Source: an uncultured Acidobacteriota bacterium
GTDB taxonomy: Bacteria; Acidobacteriota; UBA6911
DNA: 64,000 bases
Assembly: GCA_963843575.1 (NCBI GenBank)
Contig: CAWJKZ010000025.1
Location: 282,319 to 346,318, forward strand
Direction of reading: 5' to 3'
A program made the translations under genes and the position numbers. The notes below the pieces were generated by a model. The model was not told the DNA's origin. It made no database searches and saw only the letters and a list, made by a program, of their open reading frames with translations. Shown in pieces: positions 49,101 to 60,526 of this stretch; the first letter of the stretch is position 1, and each line of letters opens with the position of its first letter.

Positions 49101-52100
49101 GTCGGACTGATGGAGAAGGCGCAGTCGACCGTCGTGGCATCCGACGCCGAATTGTCGCCGGCCGCGACTTCTCCCGCGGTGGCGACGCTGGCGGTGTTGG
49201 TGACCGACGGTGCCGCGGCCGACGCCACTCCGACCGTCAGGTTGATCGCGGGAGCGCTGCTCCCGGCTGCCAGCGAGGCAGCATGGGTGCACGTCACGGT
49301 CTGGCCGCTGTTGGAGCAGGACCAGCCCGTGCCGGTGCCCGAAACGAAGCTCAGGCCCGCCGGCAGGACGTCGGTCACGGTGATCGCGCCGGTCGTCGGA
49401 CCCGCGGCCGCGGAATTGGCCACCATGATGCCGTAGACGCCGTTCGCCCCTACCGTGAAGCTGCCCGAATGCACCTTGGTGATCGACAGATCGGGCACCC
49501 GGATCACCGTCGTGGGATCGGAGTCCGAGTTGTTGCCCGTCGCGGTTTCACCCGGGGTGGATACGGACGCCGTGTTGGTGACCGACGGAGCGGCGGCCGC
49601 GCCGACCCCGACCGTCAGGGTAATCGCGGGCGCACTGCCGCCCGCCGCCAGAGACGCCGCGTACGTGCACGTCACGGTCTGGCTGCTGATGCCACAAGAC
49701 CACCCGGTGCCTGCGCCCGAGACATAGGTGAGTCCGGCAGGCAGGGTGTCGGTCACGGTGATCGCGCCGGTCGTCGGACCCGCGGCGGCCGAGTTGGCTA
49801 CCGTTATCGTGTAGACGCCGTTCGCTCCCACCGTGAAGCTGCCCGAGTGCGCCTTGGTGATCGACAGGTCGGGCAGCCGGATCACCGTCGTGGGATCGGA
49901 GTCCGAGTTGTTGCCCGTCGCGGTTTCACCCGGGGTGGACACGGACGCCGTGTTGATGACCGAAGGAGCGGCGGCCGCGCCGACCCCGACTGTCAGGGTG
50001 ATCGCGGGCGCACTGCCGCCCGCCGCCAGCGACGCCGCCGTCGTGCACGTCGACGGTCTGGCTGCTGACGCCACAGGACCAGCCCGGTGCCGGCGCCCGA
50101 GACATAGGTGAGTCCGGCCGGCAGGGTGTCGGTCACGGTGATCGCACCGGTCGTCGGACCCGCGGCGGCCGAGTTGGCCACCGTTATCGTGTAGACGCCG
50201 TTCGTTCCCACCGTGAAGCTGCCTGAGTGCGCCTTGGTGATCGACAGGTCGGGCAGCCCGATCACGGTCGTGGGATCCGAGTCCGAATTGTTGCCCGTCG
50301 CGGTTTCACCCGGTGTAGATACGGACGCGGTATTGGTGACCGAAGGGGCGGCGGCCGCACCGACCCCGACTGTGAGGGTGATCGCGGGAGCGCTGCCGCC
50401 CGCTGCCAGCGCCGCTGCCCTGGTGCAGGTGACGGTCTGGCTGCTCACGCCGCAGGACCAGCCCGTGCCGGTAGCCGAGACGTAGGTGAGCCCCGCCGGC
50501 AGGGTGTCGGTCACGGTGATCGCACCGGTGGTCGGACCCGCGGAGGCGGAATTGGCCACCGTTATCGTGTAGACGCCGTTCGTTCCCACTGTGAAGTTGC
50601 CCGAGTGTGCCTTGGTGATCGACAGGTCAGGCAGACTACCCACGGTGGTGGGATCCGAGTCCGAATTGTTACCCGTCGCGGTTTCACCCGGGGTGGATAC
50701 GGACGCCGTGTTCGTGACCGAAGGGGCGGCGGCCGCGCCGGTCGCCACGGTCAGGGTGATCGCGGGCGTGGTGCTGGCGCCAGCCAGGGAGCTCGCACGC
50801 GTGCAGGTGACGGTCTGACCAACGGCGCCGCAGGACCAAGTCGTGCCGGCAGCCGAAACATAGGTGAGCCCGGTCGGCAACACGTCAGTGACGGTGATCG
50901 CGCCGGTGGTCGGGCCGGCACTGACCCCGTTGGACACCGTGATGGAGTAGGTGCCGTTCGTCCCCACCGTGAAGTTGCCCGTGTGGGTCTTGCTGATCGT
51001 CAGGTCGGGCAGGCCGATGACCGTTGTGGGATTGGAGGACGAGTTGTTGCCTGTCGCGGTTTCGCCCGGGGTGGACGCGCTCGCCGTGTTGGTGACGCTG
51101 GGAACGGCGGCGGCGCCGACCGCCGCCGTCAGGGTGATCGCCGGGGCGCTGGCGCCTCCGGCCAGGGAGGCTGCCCGCGTGCAGGTGACGGTCTGGCCAA
51201 CAGCACCGCAGGACCAGCCCGTGCCGGTGCCCGAGACATAGGTGAGTCCTGTCGGCAGCACGTCTGTCACGGTGATCGCGCCGGTGGTCGGTCCGGCACT
51301 GGCGCCGTTGGACACCGTGATGGAGTAGGAGCCGTTCGTCCCTACCGTGAAGTCGCCCGTGTGCGTTTTGCTGATCGTAAGGTCGGGCAGACCGATCACG
51401 GTCGTGGGATCCGAGGCAGAGTTGTTGCCCGTCGCGGTTTCGCCCGCAGTGGCGACGCTGGCGGTGTTGGTCACCGACGGAGCGGCAGCGGCGCCGACTC
51501 CGACCGTGAGGGTGATGGCGCCCGCGCTGCTGCCGCCTGCCAATGCCCCGGCGTGGGTGCAGGTGACGGTCTGGCCAACGGCACCGCAGGACCAGCCCGT
51601 GCCCGTGCCCGAGACGTAGCTCAGGCCGGCGGGCAGGACGTCGGTCATGGTGATTGCGCCGGTCGTCGAACCCGCGCTGGCCGCGTTGGACACGGTTATG
51701 GTATAGCTGCCGTTGGTCCCGACGCTGAAGTTTCCGGTGTGACTCTTGGTGAGCGAGAGATCCGGCGGGAAGACGCCGACGAGTAGCGCCGAAGACTTCG
51801 TACTCAGCGGATAGAAGAGCGGATAGTAGCCGCTGGCCGGGGGATTCCCCCAGATCCCTTCGATAAGGTCATACGTTCCCGAGGCGCTTGCTGGGACCGC
51901 GAACGTCCGGCTGTAGGTGGCGGTGCCCGGGGTGACTGTGACCGTGACCGCGTGGGCGGTGTCGTCGAATGCGATGGTCCCCGAGCCCGATACCGAGAAG
52001 TAGCCGGCGAGCAGGACGCTGACGTTTGCGGCTGTGCTGTTGGTGATGCGATACGTGACGGTAACGGTCGAGCTGGGGGCCGCCGGGTTCGGTGTGACGG

Positions 52101-53124
52101 TTGCCGAGGCGATGGCCAGCGAGATCTGCGAGGTCAGGGTGACGTTGCGGGTCAATGGGCTGGAAGCGACCGTGACGGCCTGGGAAGAGGTCTGGAAACC
52201 GCTTCGGCTCACCACCAGCGTGTAGTTCCCTGCCGGCACGTTTGCGAATGTGTACTGGCCGCTGGAATTCGTCGTCGTGGAGAGAGTGCTGGTCCCCTGA
52301 AGCTGCACCGTGGCACCGGGGACCTGGCCGGAGGCGCTGCTGGTTACGGTGCCGTTGACGGGAACCGCAGTTATCGAGAGGGCGTTGGGAAAGACTTCAA
52401 GGCCCCAGAAGAGCGGGTTCCAGGTGGGAACGGGGTTGGCCCAGATGCGCGCCCAGAAGTCGTAGTTGCCCGCCGCCAGGCTGGACGGCAGGATGAAGTT
52501 GCGCGAGTAGGACCCTGTGCCCGGCGGGACGCTAACGGTAATCTCGTTTGGGGTGTCCCAGAATTCGCCGGTCGTGGTGCCCGCGGGGTAAAAGACCGCG
52601 CCCAGTGTCACCGGAATGGTTGAGGCAGTCGGGTTGGTGATCTCGTAAGTGATGCTGACCGTGGCCCCCGGCGTTGCCGTCGCGGGTGACACGGTGACGC
52701 TGCCGAAGGAGATCAGCGACGTCAGCGTGACATTCTGGACATCAGGGGGGCCGGTAATCGCAACCGGTTGTGTGGAGGTCTCGAAGCCGAGCCGGCTGAC
52801 CACCAGGGTGTAAATGCCGTTCGGCACCGCGGGGAACGAATAGACCCCGCTGGCGTTGGTCCCGACGGTGAAGTTGGAGGCTCCCTGCAACTGCACCACG
52901 GCATCCGGAACGACTCGCCGTTCTTCGGGCGGGCCCGGGGCACTGCTCCTTACGGTCCCGGTCAACGAGCCCGCATAGGCTACGACCTGAAGCGAAACCA
53001 GCATGAGGACAGATAACAACGAGACGACCAGAGCCTTCTGCCTGCCTGAGCGGGACCTCGCATTCAGCCGGTCGCAGCGGCCCTTCGCAGACATCTGGGC
53101 ATACCTCGGGTTGCAGGGAACCAT
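46160..53124 (-). CDS. Giant surface protein (about 2320 aa if repaired): carboxypeptidase-regulatory-like domains, 7 DUF11 repeats, BACON-like and IPT/TIG domains, C-terminal beta-sandwich modules; two apparent 1-nt insertions near 50053 and 50087
   Basis: PDLSITK..VTD.LP.GL.YVS repeats with 378-bp period (one interval is 380 bp); ORFs 49993..53124 and 46160..50074. Confidence 0.85.
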
Positions 53125-53213
53125 CGGGGGTCTCCTAGAAAGATATTGAGTTGTTGCGGAAACAATAGAAAAAGACGAGATTCACCGCCAAAACGGAGCC
53201 TTACTCGATCACT

Positions 53214-53325
53214 CCGAGTGGGTCCGGGCTTCAGCCCGGACGCTGTTTGCGGTCGCTATAGCGAGCGCCCGTCGCCCCATAGATCAGATCAAAAGACGTC
53301 CGGGCTGAAGCCCGGACCCACTCGG
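53214..53325. repeat. REPIN family A copy with compensatory termini (CCGAGTGGG/CCCACTCGG)
   Basis: Same core as 12654. Confidence 0.9.
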
Positions 53326-53347
53326 GGTGTATATGTCTTTGATAAAA

Positions 53348-55291
53348 TCAGGAGCGCTTGCGGCCCGCGCTGAGCATGCGCTGCACCTTCGCCGGCCTCG
53401 CGGGCAGGGGGAGGCCGACGCCGCTGTCTCCGGTCGGCCGCGGGGTACGAGGCAGGGGCTTGTACTCGGGTACGATGGCTTTCATGTGCTCGATTGTCGC
53501 CTCGCGGTCCCGCCGGGCGAGTAGCAGCGGCAGCTGAATGAGCCAGTTTGATATCTCTTCGAAACTGATGCCGGCGCCCTGGAAGATCTTGATCTTCTCG
53601 TGATAGGTGGGCGTTATGTTCTCTCCCTCCGTCATCAGCTCTTCGTACAACTTCTCACCTGGCCGCAGTCCGACGATCCGGACCTCGATGTCTTCGTCGG
53701 GAACCAGCCCGGCCAGACGGATCATGTTGTGCGCCAGATCGAGGATCCGCATCGGATCACCCATGTCGAGCACGAAGATATCGGAGCCTTTGCCCATCGT
53801 CGACGCCTGAAGCACGAGCTGCACCGCCTCACGCACGCTCATGAAGTAGCGGCGCACCTCGGGATGCGTGACGGTGACGGGGCCCCCCGAGGCAATCTGG
53901 GCCTGGAAGGTGGGGACCACGCTGCCGTTGCTCCCGAGGACGTTGCCGAACCGCACGCAGACGAAATTCGTGTGATTCGACGCGTTCCTGCCCAACGCCC
54001 CCACGATCAGTTCGGCTATGCGCTTGGTTGCGCCCATGACGTTGGTGGGGTTTACGGCCTTGTCGGAAGAAATCATCAGGAAGTCGGTAACCCGCAGCTC
54101 GCTGGCGATACGGGCCAGGTTCCAGGTCCCCATCACGTTGTTCTTGACCGCCTCGAAAACGTGGCTCTCCATCAAGGGAACGTGCTTGTACGCGGCCGCG
54201 TGAAAAACGGATTGGACGTGGTAGGACCGGATAACCTCCTCGACCCGCCGGCTATCGCGTATGTCGCCTATTTCGGCGGTCACCTGAACCCCGGGAAACT
54301 TGCTGCGAATCTCGTTGTCGATCCTGAAGAGGTCGCTCTCCGCCTGATCGAATACGATGAGGTGGGCTGGCCCGAAGCGCAGCGTCTGTCGGCACAGTTC
54401 AGAACCGATCGATCCCGCGGCGCCGGTAATGAGAATAATCCGCCCGGCGATCTTCTGCTGGATGCGATCCTCTTCCAGGCGGACCTGTTCGCGTCCCAGC
54501 AGGTCGTCGACCGATATGTTCCGGATCTGGGACGTCAGGACCTTCCCCTGCAGCAATTCGCCCATGCTGGGGATCGTCTTGCATGGAACGCCCGCGGCGC
54601 GGCAGTTGGCCACGGCTTCCCGCATCTGCCGCCCCGAAGCGGACGGCATGGCGATGATGATCTCCTCGACCTTCGTGGAGTGTTGTTTGTAGCGGTCGAC
54701 GATGACGGCGGCGGTCCGTCCGCAGCCGAGCACCGGCGTGCCCATCAGCACGGCCGCCCGCAGCTTGGGATTGTCGTCCAGGAATCCCACGACCTCGTAA
54801 CCGAGGGAGCGATTGGACCGGATCTCGTGCAGGAGCGAGACACCTGCGGCCCCGGCGCCGTAAATCAGCACTCCCTTCTGGCCTGTCGTCGTGAGCTCGA
54901 CCTTCAGGGCCTCGTTGTACAGCCGTACGGCGAAACGGGCGCCCGCCGTCATCAGGAAGCAGAACATGAAATCGATGACGTGTATCGAACGCGGGAATTG
55001 GCTTCCCATCATCGCGGTGGCCGCGACTGCAAAACCCGCAGAGCCGAGGACGTTCGCAAAAAAGACCAGCCGGAGGTCGGACATGCCGACAAAGCGCCAC
55101 CAGCCCCGGTGTATCCCGAGGGCCAGAAACACCACGGTCTTCAACACGACCGCAATCCAGACGGCGATCCGGAAGTGGGCCGCCTCCGCGTTTGGAATGG
55201 AGAAGTCAAACCGGAGCCAGAAAGAGACTATCATCGACAGGGCGATGATCGCCGAGTTGCAGAATACGATCAGGAGCCAGCGGAGGCTCAT
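53348..55291 (-). CDS. CapD/WbpM/PglF-like UDP-GlcNAc 4,6-dehydratase
   Basis: N-terminal TMs; IYGAG, TGAAGSIGSEL, HAAAYKHVP, SSDKAVNP, RFGNVLGS; start uncertain (to 55330). Confidence 0.92.
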   Translation of the reverse strand: MSLRWLLIVFCNSAIIALSMIVSFWLRFDFSIPNAEAAHFRIAVWIAVVLKTVVFLALGIHRGWWRFVGMSDLRLVFFANVLGSAGFAVAATAMMGSQFPRSIHVIDFMFCFLMTAGARFAVRLYNEALKVELTTTGQKGVLIYGAGAAGVSLLHEIRSNRSLGYEVVGFLDDNPKLRAAVLMGTPVLGCGRTAAVIVDRYKQHSTKVEEIIIAMPSASGRQMREAVANCRAAGVPCKTIPSMGELLQGKVLTSQIRNISVDDLLGREQVRLEEDRIQQKIAGRIILITGAAGSIGSELCRQTLRFGPAHLIVFDQAESDLFRIDNEIRSKFPGVQVTAEIGDIRDSRRVEEVIRSYHVQSVFHAAAYKHVPLMESHVFEAVKNNVMGTWNLARIASELRVTDFLMISSDKAVNPTNVMGATKRIAELIVGALGRNASNHTNFVCVRFGNVLGSNGSVVPTFQAQIASGGPVTVTHPEVRRYFMSVREAVQLVLQASTMGKGSDIFVLDMGDPMRILDLAHNMIRLAGLVPDEDIEVRIVGLRPGEKLYEELMTEGENITPTYHEKIKIFQGAGISFEEISNWLIQLPLLLARRDREATIEHMKAIVPEYKPLPRTPRPTGDSGVGLPLPARPAKVQRMLSAGRKRS

Positions 55292-55353
55292 GAAGGATTT
55301 CAGGGTACTGCCACCTTGTGAGCGTCTCATTGTCGTTCGGTCGTTCGAGCTTC

Positions 55354-55506
55354 TCAGAACAGGGTATAGATAAAAGGTGCGATTGCGGATCCCGAGGTCA
55401 GTACGACCAGTCCGCCCAGCAGCACCAAACACAGGATGACGGGAAGCAGCCAGAACTTCTTCCGCTGCTTGAGGAATCCCCAAAGCTCAATCAGAAACTC
55501 ACCCAT
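55354..55506 (-). CDS. DUF5989 / SxtK-like small membrane protein (50 aa; absent from the ORF track)
   Basis: MGEFLIELWGFLKQRKKFWLLP...GSAIAPFIYTLF; AAGGAGAGG RBS. Confidence 0.88.
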   Translation of the reverse strand: MGEFLIELWGFLKQRKKFWLLPVILCLVLLGGLVVLTSGSAIAPFIYTLF

Positions 55507-55567
55507 TGCCGACCTCTCCTTTCGCTGCCTCACTTCACTTATCGGTCAGTCGTCGCTTTGATCCTTC

Positions 55568-55737
55568 CAAGTGGGTCCGGGCTTCAGCCCGGACGCAGTT
55601 TGCGGTCGCTGTAACGTGCGCCCGTCGCCACATAGATCAGATCAAAAGACGTCCGGGCTGAAGCCCGGACCCACTTGTTTTACGGGCAGGCCGGGTGGTT
55701 CAACCGTTGGACAGCCTCTTCAGCCCGGACCCACTTG
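55568..55737. repeat. REPIN family A copy (55568-55677) plus half copy
   Basis: Sequence identity to other copies. Confidence 0.9.
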
Positions 55738-55739
55738 GG

Positions 55740-56135
55740 CTAGTATTGGTAGTTCATATGGGTTGGAGGCCGAGGCGTCTTTAGTATCCGATAACTCCCC
55801 GCCTCCGGATCAAATTTTCTCGAAATGTCCCCCTTGCCCAACCAGCGCCGGACCAGCCCCATCGGCGTCAGCATCAGGTAGAAAATTGCCCCCAGGATGA
55901 TCCGGGTATTGATCCAGCCGAGGACGTGGCCGATGGCCATCCAGCCCTTGTAGGCCGGACCGAGGCTGCGCGGGTAGACGAGCGCCGGCAGCAGAAGCAG
56001 CGCCGCGCAGGCCAATGCCCAGAGCCGGGGTTCGGCCCGATGCACGGCGAGCGGCCACAACCCGATGACCGCAAAGACTCCCCCGACGGTGAAGCCGAAC
56101 GAGCGCAGCTGCTTTGGCAGAAGTTTCTTCTTCAT
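55740..56135 (-). CDS. SxtJ family membrane protein
   Basis: LRSFG, WM.IG..LGWINTRIILG..FY...TP.GL. Confidence 0.88.
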   Translation of the reverse strand: MKKKLLPKQLRSFGFTVGGVFAVIGLWPLAVHRAEPRLWALACAALLLLPALVYPRSLGPAYKGWMAIGHVLGWINTRIILGAIFYLMLTPMGLVRRWLGKGDISRKFDPEAGSYRILKTPRPPTHMNYQY

Positions 56136-56147
56136 GGACAATTCACT

Positions 56148-58131
56148 TCAATCGAGTTCGAATTCCTTTTTCCAGTCCGTGTCGCCGGTCAGCGGTTTCT
56201 GGTCCTCTTTGCGCAGGACGCAGTTCTCGAGCACGAGGAGGTCCATTTCCGTGCGCATGAAGCACCGGTAACTTTTTCCAGTCGGTGTCGCCGGCCAGCG
56301 GCTGTCTGATCTTCCTTGAGCAGGACGCAGTTCTCGAGGACGAGCAGGTCCATCTCGGTGCGCATAAAGCAGCGGTAGGCATCTTCCGGGGATGCACACG
56401 ATCGGCTCTCCCCGGACGTTGAACGACGTGTTGACGAGCACGGCGCAACCGGTCTTTGCCTCGAAGGTCTTGAGAAGCCGGTGATAGCGAGGGTTCGTGT
56501 CGTCGTGCACCGTCTGGACGCGGGCCGAGTAGTCGACGTGGGTCACGGCCGGGATGTCCGACTTGGGGACATTCAGCAGATCGATGCCCCAGAGCCTCTT
56601 CTGTTCCTCCGTCGTGGCCAGCCGCCGCCGCTCGACCACCGGGGCGACCAGGAGCATGTACGGGCTGTCCGCGTCCATGTCGAAGTAGTCGGCCAGGTGC
56701 TCGCGCAGGACCGATGGGGCGAAGGGGCGGAACGACTCGCGGAATTTGATCTTCAGGTTCATCACCGACTGCATTTTGGTGTTGCGCGGATCCCCGAGGA
56801 TGCTCCGGCCTCCCAGGGCGCGCGGGCCGAACTCCATGCGGCCCTGCAGCCAGCCGACGACCTTGCCGGCCGCGAGTTCGTCGGCCACCCGGTCGAACAG
56901 CAGGTCGTCGTCCAAGCCTGGTATATGGGGCGCCGATCCTCCGCAGGTAAGACTCGATTTCCTCGTTGCTGTAAGAGGGGCCGAGGAAGGCTCCCGCTCA
57001 TGGCATCCCGGGTCCCGTCGGCGGAGCGCGGGTTTGTCTCGTACTCATGCCAGGCCGAGAGGGCGGCTCCGACCGCTCCGCCGGCATCGCCGGCAGCCGG
57101 CTGAATCCAGAGTCCCTTTGAACGGTCCCTCGCGCAGGATTCGTCCGTTTCCGACGCAGTTGAGCGCGACTCCGCCGGCGAGACAGAGATCGTCGGCTCC
57201 GGTTTCCCGCTGCAGGGTGCGCGCCAGGCGGAGCATGATCTCCTCGGTCACTTCCTGGATCGAGCGGGCCAGGTCCATCTCGCGCTGGGTCAGGGGGGAT
57301 TCGGGTTTGCGCGGCGGGCCGCCGAACAGGCCGTCGAACCGCCCGTTGGTCATGGTCAGGCCGGTGCAGTAGTTGAAGTAGTCGATATTCATCCGGAAGG
57401 TGCCGTCGGGCTTGAGATCGATCAGGTTGTCGTAGATGGCCTTGCACGTACCTGGGCTCGCCGTAGGGCGCCAGGCCCATGACCTTGTACTCACCGGAGT
57501 TGACCTTGAAACCGGTGAAATAGGTGAATGCCGAGTAGAGCAGCCCGAGGGAGTGCGGGAATGAAATCTCCCACAGCGGGGTTAGCGGTTTCCCTTCCCC
57601 ACCCACGCGGAGGTGGTGGCCCATTCCCCGACCCCGTCCATGCAGAGGATCGCAGCCTCCTGAAGGGAGAAGGGAAGAAGGCGGAGGCGGCATGGGACTC
57701 GTGGTGCTCGGTGAACAGGATCGGGGGCAGCTCGACGGCGCCGCCGCCGCCGGCACATCGCCTGCAGCTCCTTTCGCAGGACAGCTCTTGAGCAGCATCT
57801 TCTCCTTGAGCCAGACGGGCATGGCGGCGAGGAACGACCGAATACCGCGGGGGGAGAATGCCAGGTAGGTTTCGAGCAGCCGCTCGAACTTGAGCAGCGG
57901 CTTGTCGTAGAAAACGATGTAGCGGAGGTCGGGGAGAGAAACGCCTCCGGCCCTCAGGCAATAGTGCACCGCATGCGAAGGAAAACCCGCATAGTGCTTC
58001 TTCCGGGTGAATCGCTCCTCCTGGGCGGCGGCAACGATTTCGCCGTCGCGGACCAGGCACGCCGCGCTGTCGTGGTAGTAGGCGGAAATGCCGAGGATAA
58101 ATGTCGAGTTGCCTGCCGGGCTGGGATTCAT
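56148..58131 (-). CDS. NodU/CmcH (SxtI/NovN-like) O-carbamoyltransferase; multiple frameshifts and a duplicated 3' end (pseudogene or consensus errors)
   Basis: GISAYYHDSAA, AQEERF.R.KH, EHHESHAASAF, SGEYKVMGLAPYG, LAGGVALN, EFGPRALG, FRESFRPFAP, NTSFNVRGEP spread over three frames. Confidence 0.85.
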
Positions 58132-58153
58132 CCGAAAACCTCTTTGCTTCACA

Positions 58154-58263
58154 CAAGTGGGTCCGGGCTTCAGCCCGGACGCTGTTTGCGGTCGCTAGAA
58201 CGTGCGCCCGTCGCCAAATAGATCAGATCAAAAGACGTCCGGGCTGAAGCCCGGACCCACTTG
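58154..58263. repeat. REPIN family A copy
   Basis: Sequence identity to other copies. Confidence 0.9.
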
Positions 58264-58270
58264 TTTCTAG

Positions 58271-58930
58271 CTATAGCGCGAGTTTCCTGCAGTAGAAACC
58301 CTCCGCATACCTCCATGGCGAGGCCGATTCCATCCCACGCAGACGCAGGATCGCCGTCAGCACATCTTCGGTAAACCAGTGCTTTTTCGACTGCGAAGCG
58401 TAGCTGCTCAAAACGTAATCGACCTTCCTTCGACAAATCGAATCATCCAGGTGCACGTACAGGTTCGGCGAACCGAGGTCAGCGTCGTACTTCGGAATCT
58501 CGTACTCCCAGATCTGGTGATCGCGGAACGTGTTCCAGGTCAGTTCCGAAATCAGCCGGTGGTCCTGGTGCAGATCGTGGCGGCAGTGGGTAAAGATCAG
58601 ATCCGGCGCGAACCCCTTCATCTGCTCAAACTCATCCTTGATGGCCGCCCCGACATAGGGGAAGTAGCCGTCTTTGAAGTCCCGGAATTCCGGAGTCCGC
58701 AGGGAATCCTGCCCGGCGTCCTTCAGGAACAGCCCGGCACACCGTTCGGCTTCACGGATCCTTTCCGGATTCGAGGCAAAGACCACCCAGCGGACTTCGA
58801 GTTTCCCGTACTCCTGCACCAGCCGCAGGATCGTCCCGCCGCAACCGATCTCGATATCGTCGCAGTGAGCGCCCAGGCAGAGCACCCTCGGCGGTCGGTC
58901 TTCTGGACTGTCGAGCCTGATCTTCAGCAA
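58271..58930 (-). CDS. PIG-L / LmbE family deacetylase
   Basis: GAHCDDIEIGCGGT, HQDH; TTG start after GGAGG. Confidence 0.9.
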   Translation of the reverse strand: MLKIRLDSPEDRPPRVLCLGAHCDDIEIGCGGTILRLVQEYGKLEVRWVVFASNPERIREAERCAGLFLKDAGQDSLRTPEFRDFKDGYFPYVGAAIKDEFEQMKGFAPDLIFTHCRHDLHQDHRLISELTWNTFRDHQIWEYEIPKYDADLGSPNLYVHLDDSICRRKVDYVLSSYASQSKKHWFTEDVLTAILRLRGMESASPWRYAEGFYCRKLAL

Positions 58931-58970
58931 TGCGCCTCCATCCACCGGGTGTGCCGGGCGGGCCGGGTAT

Positions 58971-59831
58971 TCACGGGCGCACAACGGTGAGATTGCGGCC
59001 GGACGGTGCGTCCAGGCCGGCACCGGCCGAACCCTGGCCTTTGCCGTTCTGGGCTTCGGATTTCCAGACTTCCCAGGGCGCCGCGCCGCCGGTGTACAGC
59101 TCGTCGAGTTGCTGCTTGTCCTTGAACGTGTCCATGGCCGCCCAAAAACCGTGGTACCGGAGGCTGACCAATTGCTCCTCGGCAATCAGGCGCTGGAACG
59201 GTTCCTGCACCAACTCCTCGCGGTCGTGGATATAGCGGAATATGTCCTTCTTGAAGACAAAGTATCCGGCGTTGATCCAGATGCCGGACTGCGACAGGTG
59301 GTTGATGCCGCCGACGGTCCCGTTGTGTTTGAAGGAAACGACGTGAAAGCTGTAGTTGGGCTTCGCCGAAACAAAGGTGGCTACCTTGTCGTGCAGGTAG
59401 AAGTGCTCGACCAGTTGGGGCAGGGGAAGACTCGTCAAACCGTCGCTGTAGTTGGCCATGAAAACGTCTTCGCCCGCCAGATGAGGCTCGACGAGCTTGA
59501 GCCGCTGGCCGATGTTGGAGTTCAGCCCCGTATCCACGAAGGTTATGTTCCAGTCGTGGATGTCGCTGCTGAGCAGCCGCAGGTTCTTGCCCCCGTTTGA
59601 CAGGACGAAATCGTTCGACACGGCCTCGTTGTAGTTCAGGAAATAGTTCTTGATGATGTCGGCCTTGTACCCGAGGCAGAGGATGAAGTCCTTGTGGCCG
59701 TAGTGGGCATAATACTTCATGATGTGCCACAGGATGGGCCGGTACCCGATGGTAACCATGGGTTTGGGGATGCTCTCCGAATGCTCCCGCAACCGCGTTC
59801 CAAGTCCGCCGCAAAAAAGTACGACTTTCAT
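58971..59831 (-). CDS. rfbF: Glucose-1-phosphate cytidylyltransferase family protein
   Basis: CGGLGTRL, PKPMV, WHIMK.Y, INAGYF, GFW..MDT. Confidence 0.85.
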   Translation of the reverse strand: MKVVLFCGGLGTRLREHSESIPKPMVTIGYRPILWHIMKYYAHYGHKDFILCLGYKADIIKNYFLNYNEAVSNDFVLSNGGKNLRLLSSDIHDWNITFVDTGLNSNIGQRLKLVEPHLAGEDVFMANYSDGLTSLPLPQLVEHFYLHDKVATFVSAKPNYSFHVVSFKHNGTVGGINHLSQSGIWINAGYFVFKKDIFRYIHDREELVQEPFQRLIAEEQLVSLRYHGFWAAMDTFKDKQQLDELYTGGAAPWEVWKSEAQNGKGQGSAGAGLDAPSGRNLTVVRP

Positions 59832-59995
59832 CGCGTAGTTCCTTCCTGGTGCCCTTGCTCGAGGAAACCACCGCGCCGTTCACGCCGCTCCGGCCGGCCT
59901 CCGACTGCGTCCGCTCGTCTTCGTGAAATTAACTTATCGGCAACGGGCGCGCCCCTGATATCCAGCAAAAGTCCCGCTTGCTGATGCCGTGGATG

Positions 59996-60526
59996 TTAAC
60001 CCTGAAAGTCCGGGTACTCCTGGTCACGGGCGATGATGATGCGGTCCCCCGGCGGCCACGGGATGTCGAAGGCGGGATCGTTCCAGCGCACTCCGCGGGC
60101 ATACTCGGCGGCATACGCCTGCGACATCTGATAAAAGACTTCCGTATCGTCGGCCAGCGTCTGAAAACCGTGGGCACAACCTTCGGGGATGTAAATCATC
60201 CTGCGGTTTTCCGAACTCAGGACCACAGCCACGCTTTGCCGAAAACTTGGAGATGCCGGCCGCAAGTCTACTGCCACGTCGAAGATCGACCCCATGGTGC
60301 AGCGGACCAGTTTTGCCTCCCCGTGAGGGGCGGCCTGGTAGTGCATGCCGCGCAGGGTGCCTTTCCTCCTGTTAAAAGAGACGCTACACTGGACCAGTCT
60401 GGGATTCAACCCGTGATCCGCAAACTCCTGCTCGCACCACGTACGGGCAAAAAAGCCCCGCACGTCCTCGCGGCGCTCCGGGTCGACGATGAATACACCC
60501 TTCACCTTTGTCTCGGTGAAAGTCAT
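59996..60526 (-). CDS. rfbC: dTDP-4-dehydrorhamnose 3,5-epimerase family protein
   Basis: D.RGFF, GTLRGMHYQ, DVAVDLR, AHGFQTL, WNDP. Confidence 0.9.
   Translation of the reverse strand: MTFTETKVKGVFIVDPERREDVRGFFARTWCEQEFADHGLNPRLVQCSVSFNRRKGTLRGMHYQAAPHGEAKLVRCTMGSIFDVAVDLRPASPSFRQSVAVVLSSENRRMIYIPEGCAHGFQTLADDTEVFYQMSQAYAAEYARGVRWNDPAFDIPWPPGDRIIIARDQEYPDFQG

Noticed and set aside
50040-50100. Two separate genes or a regulated frameshift in the adhesin
   Set aside because: The repeat period is 380 instead of 378 bp here; two 1-nt insertions in near-identical repeats point to polishing error.
55354-58131. Saxitoxin biosynthesis (sxtI/J/K)
   Set aside because: No sxtA, sxtG or other core genes; these families are widespread in glycan loci.
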